From Barthelona sp. PCE (Eukaryota): DNA of 64,000 bases. Each line of letters starts with the position of its first letter. Within the stretch, counting starts at the first letter, position 1. The notes under the pieces are model-generated. The model was not told the DNA's origin. It was given only the letters and a program-made list of their open reading frames with translations, and ran no database searches. Positions 8,750-19,917 of this stretch are shown piece after piece. Location: the NCBI GenBank assembly GCA_040285745.1, contig JAUFOR010000004.1:372001-436000 (forward strand). The letters run 5' to 3'. The position numbers were made by a program, and so were the translations under genes.

Positions 8750-10249
8750 TTACTCGTCAGAGGTAAAGAACTCATCCATAATTTGTGATGAAAACCTCTC
8801 GATACGCTCGATACCAACACCTGTAAGTCGATCAAGAACATCCTCGATACCAGAAAGAGCAAAATACTCTATAATATCATCAGCGATACCATCCACTGTA
8901 ACACGGTGCAGGATGTGGTGTAACAACTGCAGTCCGTACTCCAATACAGTGCCATCCTTTGTGTCAAATTGGCTCTTAAAGAAGGAGACAACCTGATCAT
9001 AGTCTGACAACAACGATTCGAACAGGAACTCGTGCTGTCTGAAGACACCGGAGAGCATTGCCAGCTCTGTCTTGATGGCGTCATCGGTGGGAGTGGTGAG
9101 GAAGATTCCATCAAATAAATCAGGGAATTCTGCAACGATATCTGCTATGATCGCTGTATCTTCACCTGCAAGGAAGTTACACACAACAAACGCGGCGGTT
9201 TTTCGGACCACATGGTTTGATGATACAAAACATCTAGAAATGAAGGGGAAGAAATCGTATTCGTAAATGGAATGCACGTACTCATCTTTTCCGCTTAAAA
9301 CATTACCGATAGTCTTCAGCAGCAGCTCGTACGCACTGATCTTGTCGAATTCCTGAGGAAAATCGACGTTCTGCAGTACATGCATGTTGGTCAGGAAGTC
9401 AGTTTCTAATAATGATCCCAAGGCTTCAGGAGAGCAATGAGTGGTTACAATACAAAGGAGATTGCCAATTTCAAGGATTAACTCAGGTGAGCCATCAACT
9501 AAAGCAGTAAATACCTGATTGAGGATGTCTTCATCCACTAATTCATCAGCCGGGTTCACCTTCAAATCATCAGCATAGGTTGATTTGAGGACACTCTGGA
9601 GCAGGTTGGCGAGGGTCCACGTGGCAGTTCGGCTTAGTTTCTGGTCACCACAACGCAAGAAAGAGAGAAGGCGCGAAACCAACTCGTTTGTCCAAAACTC
9701 TGGTGATTCTTCATGCATGGATGTGATGTAATTGGCAAAGGCCCACATGGCGTAGAAAACAACAATGGTATCTGTGTCGAAGATACCTTTGATCATAAAA
9801 GGGACAAGATCCATAAGCTGATGGCGAAGGCTCACGTTATGCGCGCAAAGGTTCGCTGTGATCCAGTAGATGCGGGTGATCTCAGTCTGGGCGTCCTCAT
9901 CACCGTCCAACTTCTCTGTTAATGATACTAGAGCAGCTACAAAACCGGGTGAGTACAAGGCATCTGAGATGGCAGCATTTTCACTAAGGGAGACAGCGAG
10001 CTTCTCCAACATGTCGAATTGCTCAACAACTGAGCTTTCTAAAAAGAGAGTAACGAAAGGATCAATATCGTTCTCCTCCATAAGTTCTTCTCCGGGGACA
10101 TGAAGAGTAGGACTGGGCAAGATTCGCGCCCCGAAGAGGTTTTTCCTCCTCCTCTCTCTTACACGATTGTTGCTTTTACGCGGAAAATTAGGCATAAGTG
10201 GCGACTTGTGCTGAATCTGAATTTTCTTGATTCTCTTCTCTTGATTCAT
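8750..10249 (-). CDS. importin-alpha-like ARM-repeat protein
   Basis: Basic IBB-like N-terminus (RVRERRRKNL) and repeated ARM W-x-x-x-N motifs (WITANL, WAFANY, WTLANL), plus KTIGNVLSGKD and VRKTAAFVVCN. Confidence 0.8.
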   Translation of the reverse strand: MNQEKRIKKIQIQHKSPLMPNFPRKSNNRVRERRRKNLFGARILPSPTLHVPGEELMEENDIDPFVTLFLESSVVEQFDMLEKLAVSLSENAAISDALYSPGFVAALVSLTEKLDGDEDAQTEITRIYWITANLCAHNVSLRHQLMDLVPFMIKGIFDTDTIVVFYAMWAFANYITSMHEESPEFWTNELVSRLLSFLRCGDQKLSRTATWTLANLLQSVLKSTYADDLKVNPADELVDEDILNQVFTALVDGSPELILEIGNLLCIVTTHCSPEALGSLLETDFLTNMHVLQNVDFPQEFDKISAYELLLKTIGNVLSGKDEYVHSIYEYDFFPFISRCFVSSNHVVRKTAAFVVCNFLAGEDTAIIADIVAEFPDLFDGIFLTTPTDDAIKTELAMLSGVFRQHEFLFESLLSDYDQVVSFFKSQFDTKDGTVLEYGLQLLHHILHRVTVDGIADDIIEYFALSGIEDVLDRLTGVGIERIERFSSQIMDEFFTSDE

Positions 10250-10312
10250 CTTAAAATTCGAATTATGCGACAAGGAAATGTGCAAAAAAAGTGATAAAAT
10301 GGAAAACGATTT

Positions 10313-11293
10313 TTATTGGTATTTAGGAACCTTTCGTACCTTCTTAGGATACCTGCGCTTTAAGTTCTTGCGTCTTCTAGGTTCAATATAACCTTTTTGT
10401 GCCATTTTATGATATGTGTCTTTCATTAGGCTCATTTGCACTTCTGTATCCCGCAATGATTCACCCAATTCATCAGGCAAGGCAATTGATCCGAGATCTT
10501 CATGGGGAACAAGTTTTCCACCAACTCTATCCTTAAATCCACGTTTTTTATCTTCAGGATTAGCTTCTTTCTGTTTCTGGATCTTTTGTGCTCGCTTGGT
10601 CTGCTCTACTATACGGTTGTGGCGTTTCAGAGATTCTTTGCCCTTTAGCTTCTGCTTCATCAGTTTACGGTTTTCTTTCTTACGTAAACTCCTCTTATCT
10701 ACCTTTGGCTTCGGTACATTAGGAGCAAAATATTCTTCTTCAATCTCTGGTTCAGCATCACCGTCACCCTCAGGAACAATAAACTGTGCCAAAAGTCCTT
10801 TATCGGTCATTTTCCCAACAACCTCAGGAAGGGCTTGCTCAGACATAATGTCTAAAGTAGGCCTCTTTAAACGATCAGCTGTCTCTCTGTACTTTTTGGC
10901 CTTCTCCACACGGAGCTCCTCTTTCTTTCCAACAACGTTATCGATTACAAACTTGTGCAATTCACGATGAGGGTTGACAGATTCTTCATGTCCTGGCAAA
11001 TCAACATATGCATCGTCTCTGATCTTCTGAACTTTCTTTTTAGGCTCGGAAGCAGACGCTGAACCCCATAAATCAGTGGTATAAGTGGGTGCTTCAGTGG
11101 GTTTAGGTTTGACGATCTTACCAACCTTTGCCAGATCTTCTTTCCGTACCACAACCTCCTTCTTCTGTTGATTGCGCTTATTATGCCTATCAGGGTCTAG
11201 TTTGAGAATTCTCTCGTGAGACATAAGTTTTCTTACTTTGCCAACTGCTTTTTTGCCTTTATCCTCAATAAAAATCGTATCTGAAATGTCCAT
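10313..11293 (-). CDS. NOP53: ribosome biogenesis protein NOP53 (GLTSCR2)
   Basis: IFIEDKG, DLW, SVNP and C-terminal LPDELGESLR...KGYIEPR motifs in a lysine-rich protein. Confidence 0.8.
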   Translation of the reverse strand: MDISDTIFIEDKGKKAVGKVRKLMSHERILKLDPDRHNKRNQQKKEVVVRKEDLAKVGKIVKPKPTEAPTYTTDLWGSASASEPKKKVQKIRDDAYVDLPGHEESVNPHRELHKFVIDNVVGKKEELRVEKAKKYRETADRLKRPTLDIMSEQALPEVVGKMTDKGLLAQFIVPEGDGDAEPEIEEEYFAPNVPKPKVDKRSLRKKENRKLMKQKLKGKESLKRHNRIVEQTKRAQKIQKQKEANPEDKKRGFKDRVGGKLVPHEDLGSIALPDELGESLRDTEVQMSLMKDTYHKMAQKGYIEPRRRKNLKRRYPKKVRKVPKYQ

Positions 11294-11372
11294 ATTTGCT
11301 CGTGATGTGTATAATGAATGTTATGAGTGGGTTAAATGGGTGTTTTTTCAAAATACACCTATTTCGAAGCGT

Positions 11373-12311
11373 ATGAACGAGAAAAAAGATAATTCTGTCT
11401 CGAGGGCGCTAAGGGCCGTTATGACAATTGATATGCTAGACTATTTTAAGTCAGATACTATAAACCAATTTTCTCCAAAGGTACAAGAGGGCACAGATCG
11501 GTTTTATCTTTGTAGCACGACAATAGCGCTTCAGATTGCGTTCTTTATTGGATACATCCGAAAATATCGTTCCGTCAAGGTTTTACAGGTTGGTTTCGGT
11601 AATTTAGGACGTCGTCTCATTGATGTATTGTCTAAAACCACACTGTTTACCAACGAAGACAACAATGAATACGTTTACTGCACTAGGGATGTCAGAAAAT
11701 ATGAAGGATTGCATCACGCAGAGAATCTTGTCGAGCTGACTGCGGAACTGGTGGAATCGGCTGATATTCTCATTTTAGCAATCCCCTTTGACCAGCACAC
11801 GGTTTTTTCACGAAGATTCAACGATATTTTACGTGGAAACCAGTTTATCTTTTCGACAGCATCAATCATAAAGAAAAAAAAGCTTGAAATGACGTTTAAC
11901 ACAGAATTTAATCTTCATCCATGCATTAACTACCAGTCTATTAACACCATGCTACAGTTTGAATCGTTCCAGAGAGTATTCAATACAACCAACCAGGAAA
12001 ATTTTTTTGCAATTTCTCTTTTTGCACAAAATTTTGATATTCAAGCGTTTATTGTACAGATGCAAGAGTACACAATGTGTGACTTTGAGAGAATAGCTGG
12101 AGATTTTTCATTTTCGACTGAGAAATACAGAAAACTCATTGTCGGCTTCGATGACATGCCAAAAACTTCTTTATCTACAGATGTCTTGCAGAGAAGACTG
12201 GAACTAGATGATCTGAAGATAGAATTATCGAACGGTCTGTCGAGTTTGGTATTGAGCGTTTTGGAAGCAATTTTTAAATCTTCTCACAACATATCTGACC
12301 AATCGCTGTAA
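11373..12311 (+). CDS. NADP-oxidoreductase domain protein (NOXRED1/P5C-reductase-like Rossmann fold)
   Basis: VLQVGFGNLG dinucleotide-binding motif and LVESADILILAIP. Confidence 0.6.
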   Translation: MNEKKDNSVSRALRAVMTIDMLDYFKSDTINQFSPKVQEGTDRFYLCSTTIALQIAFFIGYIRKYRSVKVLQVGFGNLGRRLIDVLSKTTLFTNEDNNEYVYCTRDVRKYEGLHHAENLVELTAELVESADILILAIPFDQHTVFSRRFNDILRGNQFIFSTASIIKKKKLEMTFNTEFNLHPCINYQSINTMLQFESFQRVFNTTNQENFFAISLFAQNFDIQAFIVQMQEYTMCDFERIAGDFSFSTEKYRKLIVGFDDMPKTSLSTDVLQRRLELDDLKIELSNGLSSLVLSVLEAIFKSSHNISDQSL

Positions 12312-12919
12312 TCACTGTACTCTTCCTTTTGCTGTTGTGGTTTTTGAGGTGTTTGTTCTATGGTTTCTGTTTTTTGAGCCTTTTTCTCATTCCACCTTCC
12401 CTTTAATGGTATATCATATCTTTCGGCAATGAATTCCGATCTTTCATCAGTCAGATACTGTTTGAACTGTTTAGGAGTTACCTCTTCATCAGGGTGACAG
12501 TCTAATTCTCCTTTTATGAATGCAAGAATACCTTTATCAATATTTATCTTGAGTAAATCTCCAAAGAAGTTTTGTATAACTGAATCAGGAATGGTGCCAT
12601 TGCCATTATCATCAAACAAATCAAAAGCAAGACGGACAGGATCAAAATCATTTCCTACTTGATTTAAGCTCAAAAAAGTAAATAAACTTTCGGGTGTTCG
12701 TGGTTTAGCCTTCATAAGACGCTTGGACTCTTGCTCGTTGAGCGCCACAAGGGAAGAAAGTCTGGTAAATAATACATCTGAATCCATTTTACCTTCAGCA
12801 ATTCGTGAAATCCATTCAAAACCAATTGCTAACGTAGAGAAGTCTATGGATGCTTCAAGCCCATCACGGTAGCCTGGTGGTTTAATCTGTCCGGGAACCT
12901 TGTTATCTTCGTCTTTCAT
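12284..12919 (-). CDS. EF-hand protein (calmodulin/centrin-like C-lobe)
   Basis: AFDLFDDNGNGTIPDS EF-hand and a degenerate second hand (LDCHPDEEVT). Confidence 0.7.
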   Translation of the reverse strand: MKDEDNKVPGQIKPPGYRDGLEASIDFSTLAIGFEWISRIAEGKMDSDVLFTRLSSLVALNEQESKRLMKAKPRTPESLFTFLSLNQVGNDFDPVRLAFDLFDDNGNGTIPDSVIQNFFGDLLKINIDKGILAFIKGELDCHPDEEVTPKQFKQYLTDERSEFIAERYDIPLKGRWNEKKAQKTETIEQTPQKPQQQKEEYSDYSDWSDML

Positions 12920-12957
12920 GATAAGGGTGCTATAAGTTTTACAAGAACATATACTGT

Positions 12958-13350
12958 CTATGAAGTTTCACGCTTGAATATGGCATCGTAGCCGGTCTGA
13001 CCACCACATAATTCAAGAACAAATGCATAAAGATTATCCCTCTTCTGTTTGGCCATTATCTCGCTCTCTTTCTTAAGCATAGCGAGGTTTCTGTCGCAAT
13101 TCTCCCTGAATTGATCCTTTAAGATCTTCTTATAGTCTTCTGCTTCATCATTGGTTGATGAAGTTTCAACAAAGAGGTCCATCTTCTTCTTAGGTTCAGG
13201 TTCCTCAGAAAAGGACTCTTTTGCTGTCTCCGCTAAGTTCTGTTCAATTAGATTGTCCAATGCATCAGGAGATTTTGTTTCTGTGTTTTCAACGGGTTCA
13301 ACCGTCTTATCAGGGATTTTATCAGTGAATGAGTCAATAAAGTCTTCCAT
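12958..13350 (-). CDS. small acidic coiled-coil protein (130 aa)
   Basis: ATG-initiated ORF with an acidic disordered N-half and a charged helix. Family uncertain. Confidence 0.65.
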   Translation of the reverse strand: MEDFIDSFTDKIPDKTVEPVENTETKSPDALDNLIEQNLAETAKESFSEEPEPKKKMDLFVETSSTNDEAEDYKKILKDQFRENCDRNLAMLKKESEIMAKQKRDNLYAFVLELCGGQTGYDAIFKRETS

Positions 13351-13453
13351 ACTAAAAAGTTTTTATAAAAAAAACAGAAAAAAGGTATTACAAAAAGAAT
13401 AATGCGTTTACAAGAAAAAAACTGATGATGCGAAATAATGACATAATGCGTGC

Positions 13454-15927
13454 CTACTGGTTTTGTTGCTGGTTCTGTGATTCTTCTCTCTTTTTTCTAC
13501 GAGAAAGGATGTTTTTGAGAACATCTCTGAAATCATCACCCTTGGCAACGGGTTGGACGAATTTTGGACCCTTCTTGACCTTACGGGCTGTAGACTTCTT
13601 TAAACGGGCCAGTTCTTTATCGGATTGTTCGAGTCTGTAAGTCAAATCATCAACTTCGTACTGAAGAGAACGTTGCTTACGTTGTGCCTGATCAAGCTCA
13701 TCCTCGATGCGGAACAGCTCATCGTCCTTGTTAGTCTTGCGCTCCAGCTCATCATTGAGTTTAACTTCTGCATGTTTAACCTTACGCTCAAGACGCTCAA
13801 CCTGAAGTTCAAGGCTCTGATTCTCGCTCTTGAGGTTGGTGTATTCCTCGAGCTGCATTTGTTGCAAGAAGGAACCACCAGAACCACCAGTTGGAGCAGA
13901 TTCCTTCAAAGCAATAATCTTTTCATCCAAAACCTTCTTGGCATCCTGGGCCTCTTCAAGCTGTGAAGAAATAGTGTTCTTCTCACGTTCTGCAGAGTTT
14001 AGCTTTGACTGGAGGAGTTTAATCTTGCTTCCCAGAGCACGGAGCTGTTTAACTGATATATTTGTCATTGCGTTTTCATCAAGATTCTCAGTGTCGATAC
14101 CAGCAACAAGCGTGTCGAGAGATCCCTCAACATTATCGATGTAGTCCTTAAGATCCTTGTTCTCAGCAGTTAGACGTTCAGCCTTGTCGAGGGTTTCCTT
14201 GTGCTCGGTTTCGAGCTTGTGAAGCTTGATTTCGCTCGCCTTGAGCATGTTTTCAAGTGCCTCGTTGCCACCACCAGCAGCAAGAACGTGTTGGATTGTG
14301 TTCATGTCGACAGAGCTCCCTCCACCGCGTACGGGTGAAGAGGGTGTTGCACCAGATGCCTCGAGATGCTTAATGGTTGACTGAGCGTTCTCGAGCTCAA
14401 CCTGCATAGTTTGGAGTTCTCCCTGAGTGGAAGAAAGTTCGGATTTAAGACTACGGTTATCGTCTTTCATTTTCTGGACCTTATCGGCATCAAGGCCGTC
14501 CAGCTTCTTGAGTGACTCCTTTAGCTTGGACAGCTCAGCGCTGAGGTCCTCAATTTGCTGGATGTTTGCCTTCTCGTTATTCTTGAGACGATTAATCTCA
14601 TCCTCCAGATCTGCTGCTGCGTTGGCGTTTGCCTCTTTCTTTCTGTTATTCTGCAGGGCATCTTCCATCTCTGCGTCAAGTTGGGCGAGCTGTTCATCAC
14701 TGGGTTTGTTACCTCCATCAATATCAACAGGGCACTCAAGACCAGCAGCGTTCTCCTTATACCAGGTAACTGCCTCTCTCAACACCTTGTTCTCCGCCTT
14801 GACGGTTGCTAAGTCCTTCTTTAGCTTGTCAATCATGGCTTGCATTTCACCGGGTGACAAGACCTTGTTAGCCTTTGCCTTGAGCTTGATGGACTTGGCA
14901 CGTTTTCCGAAACGGAGTGTAGAGATGGTCTCTTCAATGTTGAACTCGTGTGGCGAGCAAGCAATCATAAGTGTGGTCTTTGAGTTACCACCCAGCGCAT
15001 CCTGAAGGATACGTGTCAGTTTAGAATCACGGTAGGGAATATGGTCTCTAGCTTCGACAAGAGCATTGATAACCTTACCAAGCGCGGAAAGAGAACCATT
15101 GATGTTCTGGGCCTCACGGAGAGTTTGTCCTGAAGCCTGGGTCTTACCGACCTTCTCAGAACCAGCAAGATCGACAAGATTCAGCTTTCCACTAATTGTT
15201 GTCCCCTTCTCCATGTCACGCTGTTGAAGGAAGATCTGGAAGAGTGAATGCGAGCGTGATGACACAGCGTTCATCTCCGTGAAAGAGACGGATCGAGAAT
15301 TCTCACCAATACGGAGAAGCTCCATGATGTTCTCGACGGAAGAAACTGGCTCCTCAGACAAGCCAGAAACGTGAATACCCTTTGCTGCGGACTCGTGCAC
15401 CTTGAGATTTGTGTTGCTTGCATCAAGGAGATCATTAATCTGTTCATTGTAAATTTCCAAGAAGGAACAACGAATTGTGTACTCAACATCATCCGTGTTT
15501 TCGTTGATAATATCAAAGATATCGAAGGAAGCACGGGGGATGATACCACGTAGCTCCTCATTCTCAATATCAGCACCGAACATAGTGAATGATTTTCCTG
15601 CACCCGTTTGACCGTAAGCAAAGTATGTACCGTTGTAACCATTGAACAGGTCCTTGACCATACCTGATGCTGAAATATCATACATAGGTCCCTGTTGTGT
15701 GTCCATAGGGAAAACACCATCAAATGTAAAGTTAAGAAATCCTCCTCTTGCTGAGTTATCTACCTTAAGATTATGCTGATCGAGGAAGAAGACGACTTGT
15801 TTACCTCCAATACCTGTGGCTTCTTGCTCTTCTCGCTCTCTCTTATTAATGGGACGGAATCTAGCGACAACCTTGGTGTTAGCTCTTTAGATGCGGGTGT
15901 ATACCATACCTTAACTGAATCAGACAT
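13454..15927 (-). CDS. kinesin heavy chain (kinesin-1-like); exons 15927-15910 and 15871-13454
   Basis: Spliced N-terminus MSDSVK|VVARFRP, then YGQTGAGKS, SSRSH, LVDLAGSE and HIPYRDSKLTRILQ, followed by a long coiled-coil stalk. Confidence 0.92.
15872..15909 (-). other. 38-nt spliceosomal intron
   Basis: GTATGG...GCTAACACCAAG. Removal restores the conserved kinesin VKVVARFRP. Confidence 0.92.
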
Positions 15928-16475
15928 ATTCTATTCGTGAAAAGGGGAAGAAAAAATGTTACATTAAAATTTTGGGCTTTAGAACGAAATTCTAACATAA
16001 TAAGAAGCTTTAAATACATTTTAAAAGTCATTTAGAGGATTTGTTTAGCTGAAGAAAGATTGTCTAACCCTTAATTCAGGAATTTTTTGCTTTTACATTT
16101 AGATACTATTTCGTTGTTGGGGTGGATCAATATGAAGAATAAGTATCGATTAGGAGATTAAGACTCTCAACAAACTCTTTGCTATCTACAACATAGCAAA
16201 AAAGATATCTTTATTGTTTGATTTGCATATTAATGACAAACTAATAAACCAGAAGTATTATTGTAGTTATTTCAAGCCGTTTTGTAATAATTAATATAAT
16301 ATTAGATATTATATTAAAAAAAAATTTGGGATAAAGTAATAGATTTAGGACATATTTCAATGTCCAGGGCAAGAAATAATTAAACAAAACTCAATTGTAC
16401 AATGAGAAGGAAAAAAAAATTGACGCATAAGGGTAAAGGATGAGCTATAAATAACCGAAAAACTCAAAAACACAC

Positions 16476-17033
16476 CTAATGCATACTCACAAACTCATCG
16501 ATTGTTAATAAATGTTCATTGCAATTTTCATTTTTAAAATTGTTTAGTATAAATTTAGAATATGATTCTACCAAAGAACTAACTTCTTCATTATATGTTT
16601 TACGATCGATGTAAAAGTTAAAATCTAGTCCAGTGGTGAAATTTTTTTCTAATTTATCGATTTCTTCTGCACTTATTCCAGAAACAGAAGAAAAACTTTT
16701 TGATGGAATTCGCTCATCATAAATGATCTTTGCAGCAAGAAGTAATGCTGTAGAGACCAATTTATGTACATTTCTACCACTCAAAGTGAGGTCTGTACTC
16801 TTCAAAAAACGTTTTAGGAATATCAATAGAGGAACACTTGTTTTTCCGTTCAAGACACGATAATCCTCTAAACGCCGAAGGTAAGACTGTAATGAGATGG
16901 ATGGGCGACTCGTCAAATCAAAGACCGTTTTAGTATCACCAACTCCAACTTTTGAATTCATATTGGATTGTGGATCAAATTGGTGAAGTATATTGTAGAA
17001 AACAATGTTTCCTATGGTCTTTCGAGATGCCAT
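16476..17033 (-). CDS. PHO80/cyclin-U-like cyclin
   Basis: PSISLQSYLRRL, NVHKLVSTALLLAAK and GISAEEIDKLE...LDFNF. Confidence 0.88.
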   Translation of the reverse strand: MASRKTIGNIVFYNILHQFDPQSNMNSKVGVGDTKTVFDLTSRPSISLQSYLRRLEDYRVLNGKTSVPLLIFLKRFLKSTDLTLSGRNVHKLVSTALLLAAKIIYDERIPSKSFSSVSGISAEEIDKLEKNFTTGLDFNFYIDRKTYNEEVSSLVESYSKFILNNFKNENCNEHLLTIDEFVSMH

Positions 17034-17308
17034 CTCAACTGTGTTGAAAGAAGAAAAAGAGAAAGCAAGTTCCTCGACTGTCCTTCATTGTAGAAGGAAT
17101 TCTATCTTTTTGCAAGTGTAACAAAGGCAACCATAGTAGTTGCGCATGTTGAAAAACATAGGAACACACAAATCTCAAATTGGTTATTTAATTTGGATTG
17201 ACCTCATTGTACTTAACAAATGAACATGTAAATATGCATACCTCATGTTCTACCAGCGGTCAAGAGCATTGGAATTTGAAATATCGAACTGTGGTTTTAT
17301 TACGAGAT

Positions 17309-18892
17309 TTAACGATAAAGATGCTTAGGTTTCATAGTAACAATACTGCGGTCGTACTTCCACTGCGCTTTCTTGTCCAGATGATCAGCCTTCCTAAATT
17401 TCTTAGGCATAGTCTTCATAGTGAGTGTTTCAGAGGAATCATTACCTTCACCATCAATTTCAGCCATAACACCTTCTTCTTGTGTAGATTCATCAAAAGC
17501 AGCAGTAAAACGTGTAGGCTTGCAACCAATACGTCTCTTACGAGCCATACCAATCTTTTCAGGGGCATGATTCTTGGGGTCACTGTGAGTTCTGTCCATC
17601 GGTTCAGGTCGTTCACGGAATTGTTCTATTTCCAGCTCTTTTGCTAATAATTCTTCGATATTAGGATCATAAAAATCAATAACATTTTTTCCGTTGAAGA
17701 TTTCAGGAATCACATAATCCTTCATTTGCTTACGACCGTCCTCCAAGTCCATCTCTGATTTCTCAAGGGGTACGGGAACAACGGCTTCAAGTGTGCGCTC
17801 TGGTTGACCAACATGTAGCTGGTCGAGAGCCTTGTTGAACTCACTGCTACGAACACGACGAGCATTGTTACGGTCGAGTAGGAGCTGACAGGCCTTGTTT
17901 CTAACATCCATGACACCTTCTGATGTTAAAGCAGAACATTCCATAGTGTGTGTGTGGGGCATAACCTCACCCAGCTCTTCAATCATGGCCTTCTCATCGT
18001 CTGGCAACTCATCAAAGGGGCGAATATCTGTCTTGTTGAGCACCAGAAGAATGGGTTTACCCTCAAAAGTAGGGGTCAAAGAGCGGTAGAGTTCACACTG
18101 TTGCTCAATTGTATAGTGGCACTGACCACTCAAATCCATAATGAAGAGAACACATGCGTCGAGATAAGCGAGGGCAACCATAGCCTGCATCTCAATACGG
18201 TTTCTCTCAGAGATCTGTCGATCTAAAATTCCAGGAGTATCAATGATCTGGAAGTTAACGTGAGAGAAAGTGGTGTGTCCAAGGTACAGAGACTTTGTTG
18301 TGAATGCATGGGGTTGCACTTCAACAGCGGCGTTAGAGACCTGGTTAATAAAACTGGATTTCCCTACACTGGGGAATCCACATAACAACAACGTATTACG
18401 CTCAGGAGCAATTGCGGGAAGACGGGCCATATGCTGGCGGACGCGCTCCAAGAAGGCGAGAGAATGCCTTGCCTGGCGAATAATGGAGGTCATTCGGCCC
18501 AAAGCACTCTTCTTCAGATTACGGCATCTGAACTTTGAATCAGCCTGCTTGATGAGTTTGACGTTATCCATACCGGTGTTCTTAACGACATCTGCAGTGT
18601 GACGGAGCTTGCCGAGTGCTAACTTGACGTGATCAACAGAGTAGTTGACGTTCAGCCAAAATGAGTAGAAGGGGTGAATTTCATCGATACGAGGGAAGTC
18701 TGTGAGGATTTTTTGAACCCTTTCGCTGTATTGGTTAAGACAGACTGAAACTTTAGTGTTGTAAAACATTCTGCACTGGCTCAGACTTGCATCTGGACGC
18801 AGCTGTGTGGGTGTTTTGCGCTGTACGTATGACAGTACTGTGTCTATGAGGTCGTTTGCCGACTCAATGCGTGAAATTTGCTTAAAATTCAT
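17309..18892 (-). CDS. NOG1: nucleolar GTP-binding protein 1
   Basis: QRKTPT, IHPFY, GFPSVGKSS, FTTKSL, DTPGILDR, NKTD and C-terminal MKPKHL. Confidence 0.95.
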   Translation of the reverse strand: MNFKQISRIESANDLIDTVLSYVQRKTPTQLRPDASLSQCRMFYNTKVSVCLNQYSERVQKILTDFPRIDEIHPFYSFWLNVNYSVDHVKLALGKLRHTADVVKNTGMDNVKLIKQADSKFRCRNLKKSALGRMTSIIRQARHSLAFLERVRQHMARLPAIAPERNTLLLCGFPSVGKSSFINQVSNAAVEVQPHAFTTKSLYLGHTTFSHVNFQIIDTPGILDRQISERNRIEMQAMVALAYLDACVLFIMDLSGQCHYTIEQQCELYRSLTPTFEGKPILLVLNKTDIRPFDELPDDEKAMIEELGEVMPHTHTMECSALTSEGVMDVRNKACQLLLDRNNARRVRSSEFNKALDQLHVGQPERTLEAVVPVPLEKSEMDLEDGRKQMKDYVIPEIFNGKNVIDFYDPNIEELLAKELEIEQFRERPEPMDRTHSDPKNHAPEKIGMARKRRIGCKPTRFTAAFDESTQEEGVMAEIDGEGNDSSETLTMKTMPKKFRKADHLDKKAQWKYDRSIVTMKPKHLYR

Positions 18893-19187
18893 GATAATGT
18901 TGTGAAACGAATATTTGAGTTAAATGAGTGTGTGTATGTATGTGTAAATGCGTTATAATGAGTGATAACGAGTGAGAAAAGTTGAATAACTGACTCCAAG
19001 TACAGTATCAGTTGCTTTCATTACGTGTACTTTTAGACTGCTTTTCACCGAGTAACATGTTGTATGGTCTACTTCAGTGGCGTTTATGTTGCTTAAAGTA
19101 TTATACGTGACTCTTTTGTGAGTGAAGCAAGTTTTCTACAATCTTACCATATTCTCATTTTTTTACAGTTGTAGTCCCTTTTACCCG

Positions 19188-19757
19188 ATGGTTGTGACTG
19201 AGTGGGCAAGAGAAAATTGTTTTCTTATTGTTATATCTGGACCAACATGTTCAGGCAAAACTTTTGTTAGTGGAAAGCTAAAACAGAGGTTTTCTGAGGA
19301 ATATCCATCCCTCAAAGTGAAGGTCTTTCATCTTGATGATTATTATTATGAGGAAAACGAAGAGGGTAACTATGATTGGCCACGAGCATTTGACATATCA
19401 AAACTTTGTTACGAAATACTTGTAGCACAAGAAACCAACGATGTCATTATCATGGAGGGAATCTTCATTGGCTATGTCCAGTTGGAATGGGATTATGTGA
19501 TACATCTGCAGGCATCAGTTGAAACAATAGTTGAACGGCGCATTAAACGTTTCAAAGAGCTCTCTGCCAAGGGAGACCCATCTGTTGCAGGGTTTGATGA
19601 TTCTGAAGAAATGTTGATATATCAGATATTACCAGCATACGAACGTTGGTTTAAAGATGAGCACTTTGAGGAGTGCTCTCATATTAAAGAGTTTACATCG
19701 AGCGAAGGAGCAGATTTTGAGACACTCTTTCAGGATATCTGTAGCTCTAAACAGTGA
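19188..19757 (+). CDS. uridine kinase / nicotinamide-riboside kinase-like P-loop kinase
   Basis: ISGPTCSGKT Walker A, HLDDYY, NYDWPRAFD and IIMEG. Confidence 0.8.
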   Translation: MVVTEWARENCFLIVISGPTCSGKTFVSGKLKQRFSEEYPSLKVKVFHLDDYYYEENEEGNYDWPRAFDISKLCYEILVAQETNDVIIMEGIFIGYVQLEWDYVIHLQASVETIVERRIKRFKELSAKGDPSVAGFDDSEEMLIYQILPAYERWFKDEHFEECSHIKEFTSSEGADFETLFQDICSSKQ

Positions 19758-19917
19758 TGGACCCTGCTTTTTGAAGAGTTGTTTTTTTTCTTATTTAGTA
19801 ACAAAATATGTCGGTTACAAGTATTAGACTCAGAATATGATCATAATAAATGTGAAGTAAACGTATTTATGTTGTTTTACGTTATATTCATTTCTTGCAC
19901 ATTTTTTTGATTTGGGG

